From positions 16,062 to 80,061 of the forward strand of contig CAOKAG010000002.1 of NCBI GenBank assembly GCA_948466395.1: a DNA stretch of 64,000 bases, given 5' to 3'. Below, one piece after another: positions 22,916-32,760 of the stretch; the stretch's first letter is position 1, and every line of letters starts with the position of its first letter. The notes under the pieces are model-generated. The model saw nothing but the letters and a program-made list of their open reading frames with translations. It had not been told where the DNA came from and made no database searches. A program made the position numbers and the translations under genes. The DNA comes from an uncultured Mycoplasmatota bacterium (GTDB lineage: Bacteria > Bacillota_I > Bacilli_A > RF39 > UBA660).

Positions 22916-23436
22916 ACGTATAACCTCCTTGCTATACTCTCTCGAATATAACCAAATTCCCCTTAGGAGACTAAGAGCCCATTTGTATGGTAGGCACCAC
23001 GTTCTAAGACTTAAGACTATACTCTAAATAAAGTTCTAATTGTTGTAAAGAAAAAGTGTTCGACAAATTTCGATAAATAATAATTGAAATATATTCCCAA
23101 AATATAATAAAAACTTGACATTTAAAAGAGATTGTTTAAAACAAATAGGAAAAAAGGGTTAAAATTTTTAGGAATTAAATTTAAAAAAAAGAATATTGAA
23201 ATTTTATGAATTGATGTTCATTCCAATTAGATTATTCACATTTGCAAAGATATAATGGAATTCGTGTAAAACAAAGCATCAAAAAAGCTACACCAAAATA
23301 TAAAAAAAAAGAGGAACTAAAAGAAGAATGAATTGTAGATGCTAACCTAGAAGAATTAGAAAGATACCGTGAGTTTTTAATGAATTATAAAAAATTATAA
23401 TGAAAAATCTACTTTTATAGAAAAAAATCAAAGATT

Positions 23437-23483
23437 GAAAATAGAATTAGTAAAGTCAAAAAAGAATACAAACGCTAATGAAA
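23437..23483. repeat. 46-bp direct repeat copy B
   Basis: It has the same sequence as 22495-22540 apart from a G/A difference and is immediately followed by a strong terminator. Confidence 0.6.
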
Positions 23484-23520
23484 AAGGATAGTAACTAGGA
23501 AGAGTACTATCCTTTTTTTA
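23481..23520 (+). terminator. intrinsic terminator (AGGATAGTAACTAGGAAGAGTACTATCCT + TTTTTTATTTT)
   Basis: A 10-bp stem is followed by a T-run. The ywiB-argS promoter (TTGCAC-17-TATAAT) lies just downstream. Confidence 0.7.
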
Positions 23521-23576
23521 TTTTGTTGCACACACGCTTTTCCTATGTTATAATTTCCGAGAAAAGAAGGTGTCGT

Positions 23577-23915
23577 ATGACTATATCCTTTTATAAAGAT
23601 GAGTTAAAAATAGAAGAAAAACAAGTAATAAATCAAAGCCAATTAAAGACGATTTTAGAATTTGAGTTTCTAGACTATAAAACAACCATTGACTTAGAGA
23701 CAGAAACCTTAACTCGAGAAAATGAAGAATTTCTATTTTTTCTAGATTTTTCAAAAAAAGAGTGTTCTATAACATTAAAACCAGAAAAGCTAGAATTAAA
23801 TATAGGAGTAGATTTTTGCTCTTTTAGAAGAGATAATAAAAATATTATTTTAGAATATACTATTGAGACAGAAGACAAAAAAAATAAAATGATGATTAAG
23901 GAAGGTAACCAGTAA
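23577..23915 (+). CDS. DUF1934 (YwiB-like) protein
   Basis: It is a small beta-rich protein immediately upstream of and overlapping argS, as ywiB is in Bacillus. The start is at MTISFYKDEL after AAGGTG. Confidence 0.65.
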   Translation: MTISFYKDELKIEEKQVINQSQLKTILEFEFLDYKTTIDLETETLTRENEEFLFFLDFSKKECSITLKPEKLELNIGVDFCSFRRDNKNIILEYTIETEDKKNKMMIKEGNQ

Positions 23916-25603
23916 TGAAATTATCAGAATTAGAAAAATATATAAAAGAATTAGATTCATCCCTTGAACAAGTCAAATTAATTAAATCCAATCGTCCAGA
24001 TCTTTGTGACTATCAATTCGATGGTGTCTTTAACCTAGCCAAAAAACTTCATAAATCCCCTATGGAAATAGGAAGTGAACTGGTATCAAAACTAATGGAA
24101 AATGAAGAAATGAATAAAAAGTTTTCCAAAGTAGAATGTGTTGCTCCTGGATTTATTAACTTTACCTTAACCGATTCTTTTATAAATGAAACTTTAAATA
24201 AAATGTTAACTCAACCAAAATTTAATATAGCATTACCAAAAAAAGAGAAAATTATAATTGATTATGGAGGCGCTAATATAGCTAAACCTCTACATGTAGG
24301 CCATTTAAGACCAGCCGTTGTTGGAGAAGCCATTAAACGTTTACTAAAATACATGAATCAAGACGTTATAAGTGATGTTCATTTAGGAGATTATGGTCTT
24401 CAAATTGGTCAAGTGATATATGGATTAAAAGAAAAAAATCTTTTACCAGAAGACATTACATTAGAAATCCTTACGGATCTCTATCCTAAAATAAGTGCTC
24501 TTTGTAAAGAAAATGAAAAAATCAAAGAAAAATGTTCTTTAATGACAAAAGACTTACAAGATGGAAATCCAGAATATCAAGAATACTTTAAAAAAATCCT
24601 TGAAATATCAAAAACAGACATAAAAAAAATTTACGATTATTTAGGGATCTCTTTTGATTTATGGCTAGGAGAATCCGATGCTTATCCTTATATCCCTGCT
24701 GTTACAGAAGAACTAGAAAAAGAAAAGCTTTTAAAAAAATCTGAAGGAGCCATCATAGTAGAAGTGCAAGAATCGACGGATACCTTAGAAATTCCTCCAC
24801 TAATCTATCAAGCAAGCAATGGCGCCTATCTCTACAGTACTACGGATTTAGCAACGATTTATCAAAGAGAAAAAGATTTCCATCCTAATAAAATTCTTTA
24901 TGTTGTGGACAATCGCCAGAGTCTTCACTTTACTCAAGTCTTTCGTACCTCTAAAAAAATGGAGAAAACCAAAACGATTGATTGCGAATTCTTAGGATTA
25001 GGAACCATCAATGGTAAAGACAATAAACCTTTTAAAACTCGTGCTGGAAACACTCCAAAATTGATAGAATTATTTAATGAAACCAAGGAAATTTTTTTAA
25101 AAAACAATCCTCGAGAAGAAGATTACGATGAACAAGACCTGCATAAACTCATCAATTCCATCATAAAATTTGCTGATTTACAAAACAATCGCGAAAAAGA
25201 ATACATTTTTGATATTGAAAAATTTTCTGCTATAAATGGAAAAACAGGACCTTATATTTTATATACTTATTTAAGAACACAAAAAATAATAAAAAATAAT
25301 CCTCAATTTGTAGACAACTTAGGAAAAACAATATATAATGTTCACGATCGAGCTTTAAGATTAAAAGTATTAGAATTAGATGAAGTTTTAAATCATGCTT
25401 TTAAAATGAGAATGCCATCGATCATTGCGAACTATCTTTATGAAATAGGTGTATTAGTCAACGCATTTTATGAAAACAATCATATTAATAATTTAGAAAA
25501 TAATGAAAAGAAAAAAGATTGGGTAACACTATTAGCTCTTTGTACTAGAATAATCCAAGACTTACTAGAACTACTAGTGATGGAGATACCTGATAAAATG
25601 TAG
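23915..25603 (+). CDS. argS: arginine--tRNA ligase
   Basis: The class I HIGH motif is PLHVGHLRPAVVGEA. The product is 562 aa and has a DALR anticodon-binding C-terminus. Confidence 0.95.
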   Translation: MKLSELEKYIKELDSSLEQVKLIKSNRPDLCDYQFDGVFNLAKKLHKSPMEIGSELVSKLMENEEMNKKFSKVECVAPGFINFTLTDSFINETLNKMLTQPKFNIALPKKEKIIIDYGGANIAKPLHVGHLRPAVVGEAIKRLLKYMNQDVISDVHLGDYGLQIGQVIYGLKEKNLLPEDITLEILTDLYPKISALCKENEKIKEKCSLMTKDLQDGNPEYQEYFKKILEISKTDIKKIYDYLGISFDLWLGESDAYPYIPAVTEELEKEKLLKKSEGAIIVEVQESTDTLEIPPLIYQASNGAYLYSTTDLATIYQREKDFHPNKILYVVDNRQSLHFTQVFRTSKKMEKTKTIDCEFLGLGTINGKDNKPFKTRAGNTPKLIELFNETKEIFLKNNPREEDYDEQDLHKLINSIIKFADLQNNREKEYIFDIEKFSAINGKTGPYILYTYLRTQKIIKNNPQFVDNLGKTIYNVHDRALRLKVLELDEVLNHAFKMRMPSIIANYLYEIGVLVNAFYENNHINNLENNEKKKDWVTLLALCTRIIQDLLELLVMEIPDKM

Positions 25604-25614
25604 GAGGAAAAAAT

Positions 25615-26037
25615 ATGAAATTATCAGATTTAACAAAAGAAGAGTTGGAAAATATGTCTTACGATGATTTAGCTTATGGGATTTTAAGTGAAAGTAAAAC
25701 ACAAATGAAAATTATAGATTTATTTAATAAAATTGGTAGTTTAGTAAATTTATCAGAAAAAGAAATTGAAGACAAAATTGCCGATTTCTTTGAAATGTTA
25801 ACTTTAGATAAAAGATTTATTATGCTCGATGATGGAAGTTGGGATTTAAAAGAACGACATGTTCAAAAAATAATTATTGATGAAGAGGAAGAAGACTTAG
25901 GTCTAGAAGACATTGAGGAGTCTGCTGAAATAGAAGAAGAGGAAGAAATCTTTTATGATGAAGAAGAAACAGACGATTCAGAAGATGATTTAAAAGACTT
26001 AGTTGTCATCGATGAAGAAGAAGAGGATGCATTATAA
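25615..26037 (+). CDS. rpoE: DNA-directed RNA polymerase subunit delta
   Basis: An N-terminal HARE-HTH-like domain is followed by a poly-acidic (E/D-rich) C-terminal half. This is the typical Firmicute RpoE architecture. Confidence 0.8.
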   Translation: MKLSDLTKEELENMSYDDLAYGILSESKTQMKIIDLFNKIGSLVNLSEKEIEDKIADFFEMLTLDKRFIMLDDGSWDLKERHVQKIIIDEEEEDLGLEDIEESAEIEEEEEIFYDEEETDDSEDDLKDLVVIDEEEEDAL

Positions 26038-26082
26038 CCATTCTTTTTTGTTTAAAAAAGAGAGAAAGAAAGGTGTAAAAAT

Positions 26083-27138
26083 ATGGAAGAAAGATTAGAA
26101 GTCATCTATAAAAGATTCAATGAAATAGAACAATTATTAATGTCTCCTGAAATCATGAATGATTTTAAAAAAGTGAGTAAATTATCCAAAGAACAAAGCG
26201 ATTTAAGAGAAATTGTAGACAAATATGAAGAATACAAAGAAACAAAAAAAGGCATCGAAGAATCAAAAATCTTACTAAATGACGCTGAATTAAAAGAAAT
26301 GGCCGAATTAGAACTAACTGAACTCCAATTTAATTTTGAAAAAATAACAAAAGAACTAGAAATATTATTAATTCCTAAGGATGAAAACGATGGAAAAAAT
26401 GTCATTATGGAAATTCGTGGAGCAGCAGGTGGCGATGAAGCCAATATTTTTGCGGGTGATTTATTTAGAATGTATACTTATTATGCTGAAAAAAATAATT
26501 GGAAAATTGAGCTAATTAACGAAGTTCCAGGGTCAAGTGGTGGTTTTTCACAAGTGGAATACATGATTAAAGGAGAAAACGTCTACTCAAAATTAAAATA
26601 CGAAAGCGGTGCACATCGTGTTCAAAGAGTCCCAGAAACCGAATCTCAAGGTCGTGTACATACTTCAACCGCTACAGTCGTAGTCATGCCAGAGATAGAA
26701 GACGTAGACGTAGAAATAAAAGAAAGTGATTTAAAAATTGACGTTTATCATTCAAGTGGTGCAGGAGGTCAGTCCGTCAACACCTCAAACTCAGCGGTTC
26801 GTATTACCCATTTACCAACCAATACTGTAGTAACTTGTCAAAACGAAAGAAGTCAAGCTCAGAACAAAGAAAAAGCGATGCAGATATTAAAATCGAAAAT
26901 TTATGATAACTTAGAACAACAAAAAAACAATGAATTGACAACAGAAAGAAAAAATAAAATTGGTACAGGAGATCGTTCTGAAAAAATAAGAACGTATAAT
27001 TATCCTCAAAATCGTGTAACCGATCATCGAATCAATTATTCTATTATGGAACTAGATCGAGTGATGAATGGGAATTTAGAACCCATTATTACTGCTTTAA
27101 TTACAGAAGATCAAAAAAGAAAACTAGAAGGTAATTAA
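26083..27138 (+). CDS. prfA: peptide chain release factor 1
   Basis: The GGQ motif ([10 protein letters not shown]) and a PxT-type anticodon tripeptide ([14 protein letters not shown]) are present. It is followed by prmC. Confidence 0.95.
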   Translation: MEERLEVIYKRFNEIEQLLMSPEIMNDFKKVSKLSKEQSDLREIVDKYEEYKETKKGIEESKILLNDAELKEMAELELTELQFNFEKITKELEILLIPKDENDGKNVIMEIRGAAGGDEANIFAGDLFRMYTYYAEKNNWKIELINEVPGSSGGFSQVEYMIKGENVYSKLKYESGAHRVQRVPETESQGRVHTSTATVVVMPEIEDVDVEIKESDLKIDVYHSSGAGGQSVNTSNSAVRITHLPTNTVVTCQNERSQAQNKEKAMQILKSKIYDNLEQQKNNELTTERKNKIGTGDRSEKIRTYNYPQNRVTDHRINYSIMELDRVMNGNLEPIITALITEDQKRKLEGN

Positions 27139-27863
27139 TGTTTCAAAAAAAGACGTTAACGGATCAAGACCTAAACGAGTTAAAACGCCTATACAAAGAC
27201 GATTTAGAAAATCAAATAGAAAAAGTAAAGCAAGGCTACCCTGTCCAATACTTAATTGGAAACGTTCCTTTTTTTAACACCACCATTTTAGTCAACCCAG
27301 ATGTTTTAATTCCCAGATTTGAAACCGAATATTTAATAGAAAAAATATTAAAAAAAATGGAGAAAAATAAAAAAGAAGCTTTAAACTTATTGGATGTTGG
27401 AACAGGAAGTGGCTGTATTGCCATTGCTTTAGCCAAAAATACCAATTGGAAATGTCTAGGAGTGGACAAATCTGAAAGAGCTTTAAACGTTGCTAGAAAA
27501 AATAATGAACTCAATCACACACAAGTTCTTTTTAAAAAATTGGATTTATTATCAGAACCGATTGAAAATTTTGATGTCTTGGTTTCCAATCCCCCTTATA
27601 TTAGCATCGAAGAAAATTATGACCCACAAATACTTTATGAACCCAAAGAAGCTTTGTTTGCTTTAGAAAATGGAACGCTTTTTTACCGTGTTCTATTAGA
27701 AAAAATAAAAAATGAACCAAAAATGATTGCTTTTGAAATTGGAGAACAACAAGGACAGATAATATCAAAAATGGCCCAAAAAAGATTTCCAAAGGCTAAA
27801 ATAACCATTGAAAAAGACTTATGTGAAAAAGATCGATACATTTTTATAGAAAATTTGGATTAA
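27138..27863 (+). CDS. prmC: release factor glutamine N5-methyltransferase PrmC (HemK)
   Basis: NPPY catalytic motif (VSNPPYIS) and DVGTGSGCIA SAM-binding motif. Its start codon overlaps the prfA stop. Confidence 0.9.
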   Translation: MFQKKTLTDQDLNELKRLYKDDLENQIEKVKQGYPVQYLIGNVPFFNTTILVNPDVLIPRFETEYLIEKILKKMEKNKKEALNLLDVGTGSGCIAIALAKNTNWKCLGVDKSERALNVARKNNELNHTQVLFKKLDLLSEPIENFDVLVSNPPYISIEENYDPQILYEPKEALFALENGTLFYRVLLEKIKNEPKMIAFEIGEQQGQIISKMAQKRFPKAKITIEKDLCEKDRYIFIENLD

Positions 27864-28033
27864 TTATTTCAAGATAATGAGCATAATATTTAATATAAAA
27901 TGTATATTTTGTCGAACGAAACTTGACAATTGTCCCAACAATTTATAAAATAATGATAAGAGTTAATAACAAATTAGTCATTTTATAGTCATTTAAAAAG
28001 GGTAGAATGTTATTATTAAAGGAGTAAAAAGAA

Positions 28034-29263
28034 ATGATCCAAATGATTTACTATATTTTATTTACCATTACTTTATTGTATGGAATCTATTTTGTGATAA
28101 CGGGTTTATTTGCATTTAAACATGACGACATACCAAAAATCAGACCTTTTAGAGCAAGAACTAAATTTGCAATTTTAATTGCAGCTAGAAATGAAGCCCT
28201 TGTAATTGGAGATTTAATAAAAAGTTTAAAAGAACAAAACTATCCAGCTGAACTATTTGATATTTATTCCTTAATTAATAATTGTAATGACAACACACTT
28301 GAAGTAGCAAAAAAAGCAGGTTCTAAAATTATTAATGTTACAGTCCCTTGTAAATCAAAAGGCGATGTATTAAAATTCACATTTAATAAATTAAAGAAAA
28401 AAAATTATGATGCTTACATTATATTTGATGCAGATAACATCGTACATCCCGATTTTCTAAAATTAATGAACAATACTTACCTTTCAGGGTACAAAGTTGC
28501 TCAAGGAAGAAAAGATACAAAAAATATTTCTGATAATTGGTTAAGTGCTAGTTATGCCCTATTCCATTACGTTCAAAATTTCTTTTTTAACAAATCACGT
28601 ATGAATTTAAACGCGGCATGTGCGATTAATGGAACAGGATTTATGGTAGCTAAAAGTATTATGGACGAAGGCTTTGATCCAAAAACAGTTACAGAAGATA
28701 TTGAACTTTCCATTCATTGTGTCCTAAAAGGCATTGATATTGCCTATGTAGAAGATGCCATTACCTATGATGAACAACCGACAAAATTTAATGACTCATG
28801 GCATCAACGTAGTCGTTGGAGTAAAGGAATAATTGAATGTAATCGTTTATATCGTAAAGCGTTATTAAAAAAGTGGATAAAAGATAAAGATTTTTCTTGT
28901 ATTGATAAATTCTTGTTTAGTAGTGCACCTTATGTTCAAACTTTATCCGTTATATTAACTTTAATGTTAGGCGTATTCTATATTTTTGATATTGAATTAA
29001 ACGACATCTTCTCTTACTTCTTCTCTCTAGGATTAACTTGCTTTATGATTGGTTATCTAATTGATGTCATTATAAATATGTTTATGATGATTTATTACAA
29101 AAGAGATTTATACGATAACCTGCATGGAATCTTTTTTTTCCTAATCTTTATGGCAACTTGGATTCCTATTAATGTAATCTGTTTATTTAAAAAAGATTTA
29201 ACTTGGGTTCAAATTGAACATAACCGTAAATCGTCATTAGAAGCTTTATTAAACGAAAAATAA
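28034..29263 (+). CDS. family 2 processive beta-glycosyltransferase (membrane synthase-type, QxxRW)
   Basis: An N-terminal TM helix is followed by FDADN (DxD) and QRSRW, with C-terminal TM helices, as in IcaA/PgaC/cellulose-synthase-like enzymes. Confidence 0.8.
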   Translation: MIQMIYYILFTITLLYGIYFVITGLFAFKHDDIPKIRPFRARTKFAILIAARNEALVIGDLIKSLKEQNYPAELFDIYSLINNCNDNTLEVAKKAGSKIINVTVPCKSKGDVLKFTFNKLKKKNYDAYIIFDADNIVHPDFLKLMNNTYLSGYKVAQGRKDTKNISDNWLSASYALFHYVQNFFFNKSRMNLNAACAINGTGFMVAKSIMDEGFDPKTVTEDIELSIHCVLKGIDIAYVEDAITYDEQPTKFNDSWHQRSRWSKGIIECNRLYRKALLKKWIKDKDFSCIDKFLFSSAPYVQTLSVILTLMLGVFYIFDIELNDIFSYFFSLGLTCFMIGYLIDVIINMFMMIYYKRDLYDNLHGIFFFLIFMATWIPINVICLFKKDLTWVQIEHNRKSSLEALLNEK

Positions 29264-29307
29264 ACAAAAGTGAATAAAATTTGTAAAGATAAGACATAAT
29301 TATTTAG

Positions 29308-29823
29308 GTGATAAAAATGAAAAAAATAATTATAGTCTTATTTTTATTTGTTTGTATCTATTTAATAAAAAATAATCAAGAAGAATTTATTATACCATCC
29401 AACGCTATTCGTTTTCGTGTAATTGCTAACAGCAATACATTTGAAGACCAAGCAACAAAAATGGAAATAAAAACAAATATAGAAAACATATTAAAAACAG
29501 ATTTAATAAGTATTAACAATAAAACTGAAGCCGATCAAATCCTAACTAGAAAAATACCTGAAATTGAAACCATGTTAAAAGGATACAAAATGGATTACAA
29601 TTTAAACTACGGAGACAACTATTTTCCAGAAAAAAGTTATAAAGGTGTCAAATACCCTAGTGGTATATATGAATCTCTTGTGGTAACTTTAGGAAGTGGA
29701 AAAGGTGAAAATTGGTGGTGTGTTCTCTATCCGCCTTTATGTATGATGGATAACAAAGAATCGAATTTAAGTAACGTTGAATACACAAGTTTTATTGAAG
29801 AACTATTTAATAAATATCTGTAA
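29308..29823 (+). CDS. spoIIR: stage II sporulation protein R
   Basis: AIRFRVIANSNTFEDQ and GKGENWWCVLYPPLC match the SpoIIR signature (B. subtilis GANWWCVLFPPLC). A signal peptide is present. Confidence 0.85.
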   Translation: MIKMKKIIIVLFLFVCIYLIKNNQEEFIIPSNAIRFRVIANSNTFEDQATKMEIKTNIENILKTDLISINNKTEADQILTRKIPEIETMLKGYKMDYNLNYGDNYFPEKSYKGVKYPSGIYESLVVTLGSGKGENWWCVLYPPLCMMDNKESNLSNVEYTSFIEELFNKYL

Positions 29824-29865
29824 TTTTTTTCAAATCCCCTAATAAAATGTATTAGGGTGTTTTTT

Positions 29866-30402
29866 ATGAAAGAACTAATAACTTTAATAACCATTGCCAT
29901 AGCTTTAAGTATGGATACCTTTTCTTTATCCTTAGGCATAGGAACCACAAACTTATCGTCAAAAAAATGTTTTCTCTTTTCAATGATTGTAGGTATTATG
30001 CATTTTTTTATGCCATTATTAGGGATTTTTATTGGAGTAAAAATTGTTTCCCTATTTGCTTTAAAAAGTAATTTTCTCTTAGGAATCATTCTTATTTATT
30101 TAGGAATAACCATGATTATTGAAATCCTTCATCCCGATACGAAAGAAAAAAAGATGACCCTCATAAACATGTTTTTATTTGCAATTGGTGTATCCATTGA
30201 CTCTTTTTCGACAGGAATTGGATTAAGTGCCATAACATCAACTATCTTTTTAGCAACGTTTATTTTCTCCATCACGAGTTTCTCCTTTACTTATTTTGGA
30301 TTAATTATTGGAAAATACGCTAGCGCTCTTTTGGGTGTCTATGCTAATGTATTTGGTGCCATTTTATTATTAGTAATAGGATTATTTCATTTATGCCTTT
30401 AA
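29866..30402 (+). CDS. DUF204 membrane protein (MntP manganese exporter / YtaF family)
   Basis: ALSMDTFSLSLGIG is the MntP/YebN/YtaF signature. Six TM segments are predicted. The start was chosen at an ATG (the track uses a GTG). Confidence 0.7.
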   Translation: MKELITLITIAIALSMDTFSLSLGIGTTNLSSKKCFLFSMIVGIMHFFMPLLGIFIGVKIVSLFALKSNFLLGIILIYLGITMIIEILHPDTKEKKMTLINMFLFAIGVSIDSFSTGIGLSAITSTIFLATFIFSITSFSFTYFGLIIGKYASALLGVYANVFGAILLLVIGLFHLCL

Positions 30403-30488
30403 AACACTTAACATAGAAGAACAAATAAACATTGACAAACATATAATTAGATAATATATTAAAAATAAATAAAAAGGAACGTGAGTTT

Positions 30489-31745
30489 ATGGAAAAAATA
30501 ATCATTGAGGGTCAAAGAGAATTATCGGGAACGATTGAAATAAACGGGGCAAAGAATAGTGCTGTTGCCCTTTTACCCGCCGCTATATTAAGTGATGAAG
30601 AAACAATTATTAATAAAATACCAAATATTACAGATGTATCAGTATTAAAAGAGATTATTTTATTATTAAATGGAAAAGTCATTGAAAATAAAGGACAAAT
30701 GATCATTGATTCTCATGATATTAGAAATACAACTATTCCTGAAGCCTTATCAAATAAACTAAGAGCCTCTTACTATTTTATGGGTGCTTTACTTGCAAAA
30801 TTTCATCACGTTGAAATCTATTTTCCTGGAGGATGCAACTTTGGAGCAAGACAAATTGATTTTCATTTAAAAGGTTTTGAAAATCTAGGGGCAACCATAA
30901 CATTAGAAGGTGAAAAATACATTATAGATGCTAAAGAACTTTCTGGAGCAGAAATAAATCTTGACTTTCCGAGTTGTGGTGCAACCATAAATATTATGTT
31001 AGCAGCCACAAAAGCAAAAGGAACAACCATTATTAATAATGCAGCCAAAGAACCTGAAATAGTAAATGTAGCCGAATTTTTAAATAAAATGGGAGCAAAA
31101 ATTGAAGGCGCTGGAACGGAAACCATTCGTATTACGGGTGTTGAATACTTAGGTAAAGCATCTATTGATGTGATTCCTGATCGAATCGAAGCGGGAACGT
31201 ATCTTATTGCTGGGGCACTATTAGGAAAAGAGTTAAAAATTACCAACATTATTCCAGAACACATTGAAGCCTTATTGACAAAATTAAAATTAATGAACGT
31301 TGACTTTACTTTAAATAAAAATGAAATCGTCATCAATAAATGCGAAAATTTAAAACCGATCGATATTAAAACAGAAGTTTTTCCAGGCTTCCCAACCGAT
31401 TTAGCTCAACCCATTTGTGTTTTACTTGCTCATGCGAAGGGAATCTCTCACATCGAAGAAACCATTTATGAAAAAAGAATGGGCCATGTTGAATATTTAA
31501 ATAAAATGGGAGCATCAATTGAAATAGAGAATAATCGTGAAAAAATAAATGGTCCTATAAAATTTAAAGGTCAAGAAGTACAAGCCAGCGATTTAAGAGC
31601 GGGTGCAACCCTCTTTCTTGCGGCATTAACCGCTGAAGGAACAACAACCATTACCAATATTCAATATATTTTAAGAGGATACGATAAATTAGTATCAAAA
31701 TTATCAGATGTTGGTGCTAAGATTAGCATAAAAGAAATAGAATAG
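30489..31745 (+). CDS. murA: UDP-N-acetylglucosamine 1-carboxyvinyltransferase
   Basis: 418-aa EPT-fold protein. The N-terminus MEKIIIEGQRELSGTIEINGAKNSAVALLPAAIL is typical of MurA. Confidence 0.95.
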   Translation: MEKIIIEGQRELSGTIEINGAKNSAVALLPAAILSDEETIINKIPNITDVSVLKEIILLLNGKVIENKGQMIIDSHDIRNTTIPEALSNKLRASYYFMGALLAKFHHVEIYFPGGCNFGARQIDFHLKGFENLGATITLEGEKYIIDAKELSGAEINLDFPSCGATINIMLAATKAKGTTIINNAAKEPEIVNVAEFLNKMGAKIEGAGTETIRITGVEYLGKASIDVIPDRIEAGTYLIAGALLGKELKITNIIPEHIEALLTKLKLMNVDFTLNKNEIVINKCENLKPIDIKTEVFPGFPTDLAQPICVLLAHAKGISHIEETIYEKRMGHVEYLNKMGASIEIENNREKINGPIKFKGQEVQASDLRAGATLFLAALTAEGTTTITNIQYILRGYDKLVSKLSDVGAKISIKEIE

Positions 31746-31778
31746 TAGTAGAAACTACTATTTTTATTTGGGGGTAAA

Positions 31779-32474
31779 ATGAAATATAAACTATTGATAA
31801 TCATTATAATAGGAACGCTATTAACTTCAATTATTTACATAACAACAAGAGAAGAAAAGAAAACGATTTTAGCCATTGGTGATGGCTTATCAAGTGGGAT
31901 GACGGCACTTAATGTAAGTGGCTATAATTATAACGACTATTTATTTGATGCCTTAAAAAAAGAAGCGGACTTAAAAAGTTATTATCATTTTCACGAAGTA
32001 GATGAAACCGCTAGTTCATTATTAACCAAAATTAACAATAATGTCCCATTAAATAATACTTTAACCATTAAACAAGCCATCAAAGAAGCTTATATGATTA
32101 CACTTCATATTGGGATGGATGAATTAAATAATTACGCTCGCAAACACTATTTAGATTCTACTAAAATAACCGCTTACTTAAATAAATACGAAGAAATTAT
32201 GAAAATCATTGCTCATTTAAACAATAAAAAGATTTTTGTTCTTGGCCTTTTTCCTACAAACTTAGTTAATAAAAATAAAATTGAAAAAATCAATCAAGAA
32301 TTAAAACGATTAGCTGAGAAATACCATTTTTCTTACGTAGAAATTATCGATATTATTAATGATGAAAACTATTTTACATTTAAGAAAAATTATTACCCAA
32401 ACTATAAAGGTCAAGAGTACATCTTTAAAGAAATTCAAAAGCAATTAGAAAGAAAAACTATAGAATTGTATTAA
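31779..32474 (+). CDS. membrane-anchored SGNH/GDSL-like hydrolase (putative)
   Basis: An N-terminal TM helix is followed by AIGDGLSSG, which is GDS(L)-like. Confidence 0.45.
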   Translation: MKYKLLIIIIIGTLLTSIIYITTREEKKTILAIGDGLSSGMTALNVSGYNYNDYLFDALKKEADLKSYYHFHEVDETASSLLTKINNNVPLNNTLTIKQAIKEAYMITLHIGMDELNNYARKHYLDSTKITAYLNKYEEIMKIIAHLNNKKIFVLGLFPTNLVNKNKIEKINQELKRLAEKYHFSYVEIIDIINDENYFTFKKNYYPNYKGQEYIFKEIQKQLERKTIELY

Positions 32475-32490
32475 AAAAAGTAACTAAAAG

Positions 32491-32760
32491 TTACTCGGAT
32501 AGTAAAACTAAAATGGTTCCATTTCTTATATCTGTATTAAGAAGTAAGTCATCTGGAGAATATTGATGTCCTGTACGAGCATTAAATAATAGATTACTAG
32601 TCGACTTACTAAATTCATAGCTCGTAAATTCTGTAACAGTGGTATTCAATAAATTAATAATATTACCAATCTTTTTATTCGTAGGTAAAAATAAATCATA
32701 AGTTTTATCCACTTCAGGCACCACCAGTTTTACCAAAACTTTATTTTTAATAAAAATCAC
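32491..32760 (-). CDS. esaB: type VII secretion system ubiquitin-like protein EsaB/YukD
   Basis: A small (89 aa) beta-grasp-like protein encoded immediately downstream of, and overlapping, essC. Its size and position match YukD. Confidence 0.65.
   Translation of the reverse strand: MIFIKNKVLVKLVVPEVDKTYDLFLPTNKKIGNIINLLNTTVTEFTSYEFSKSTSNLLFNARTGHQYSPDDLLLNTDIRNGTILVLLSE

Noticed and set aside
22495-23483. Possible CRISPR array or tmRNA in the 1.1-kb non-coding region
   Set aside because: There are only two repeat copies, 940 bp apart, with no regular spacer pattern. The GCAAACGCTAATGA stretch does not encode an ALAA-type tag, and no tRNA-like 3' end (TTCGAATCC...CCA) is present.
23484-23576. 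T-box riboswitch leader upstream of ywiB-argS
   Set aside because: No AATTAGGGTGGNACCGCG T-box sequence or specifier-loop architecture was found. Only a sigma-A-type promoter (TTGCAC-17-TATAAT) follows the terminator.
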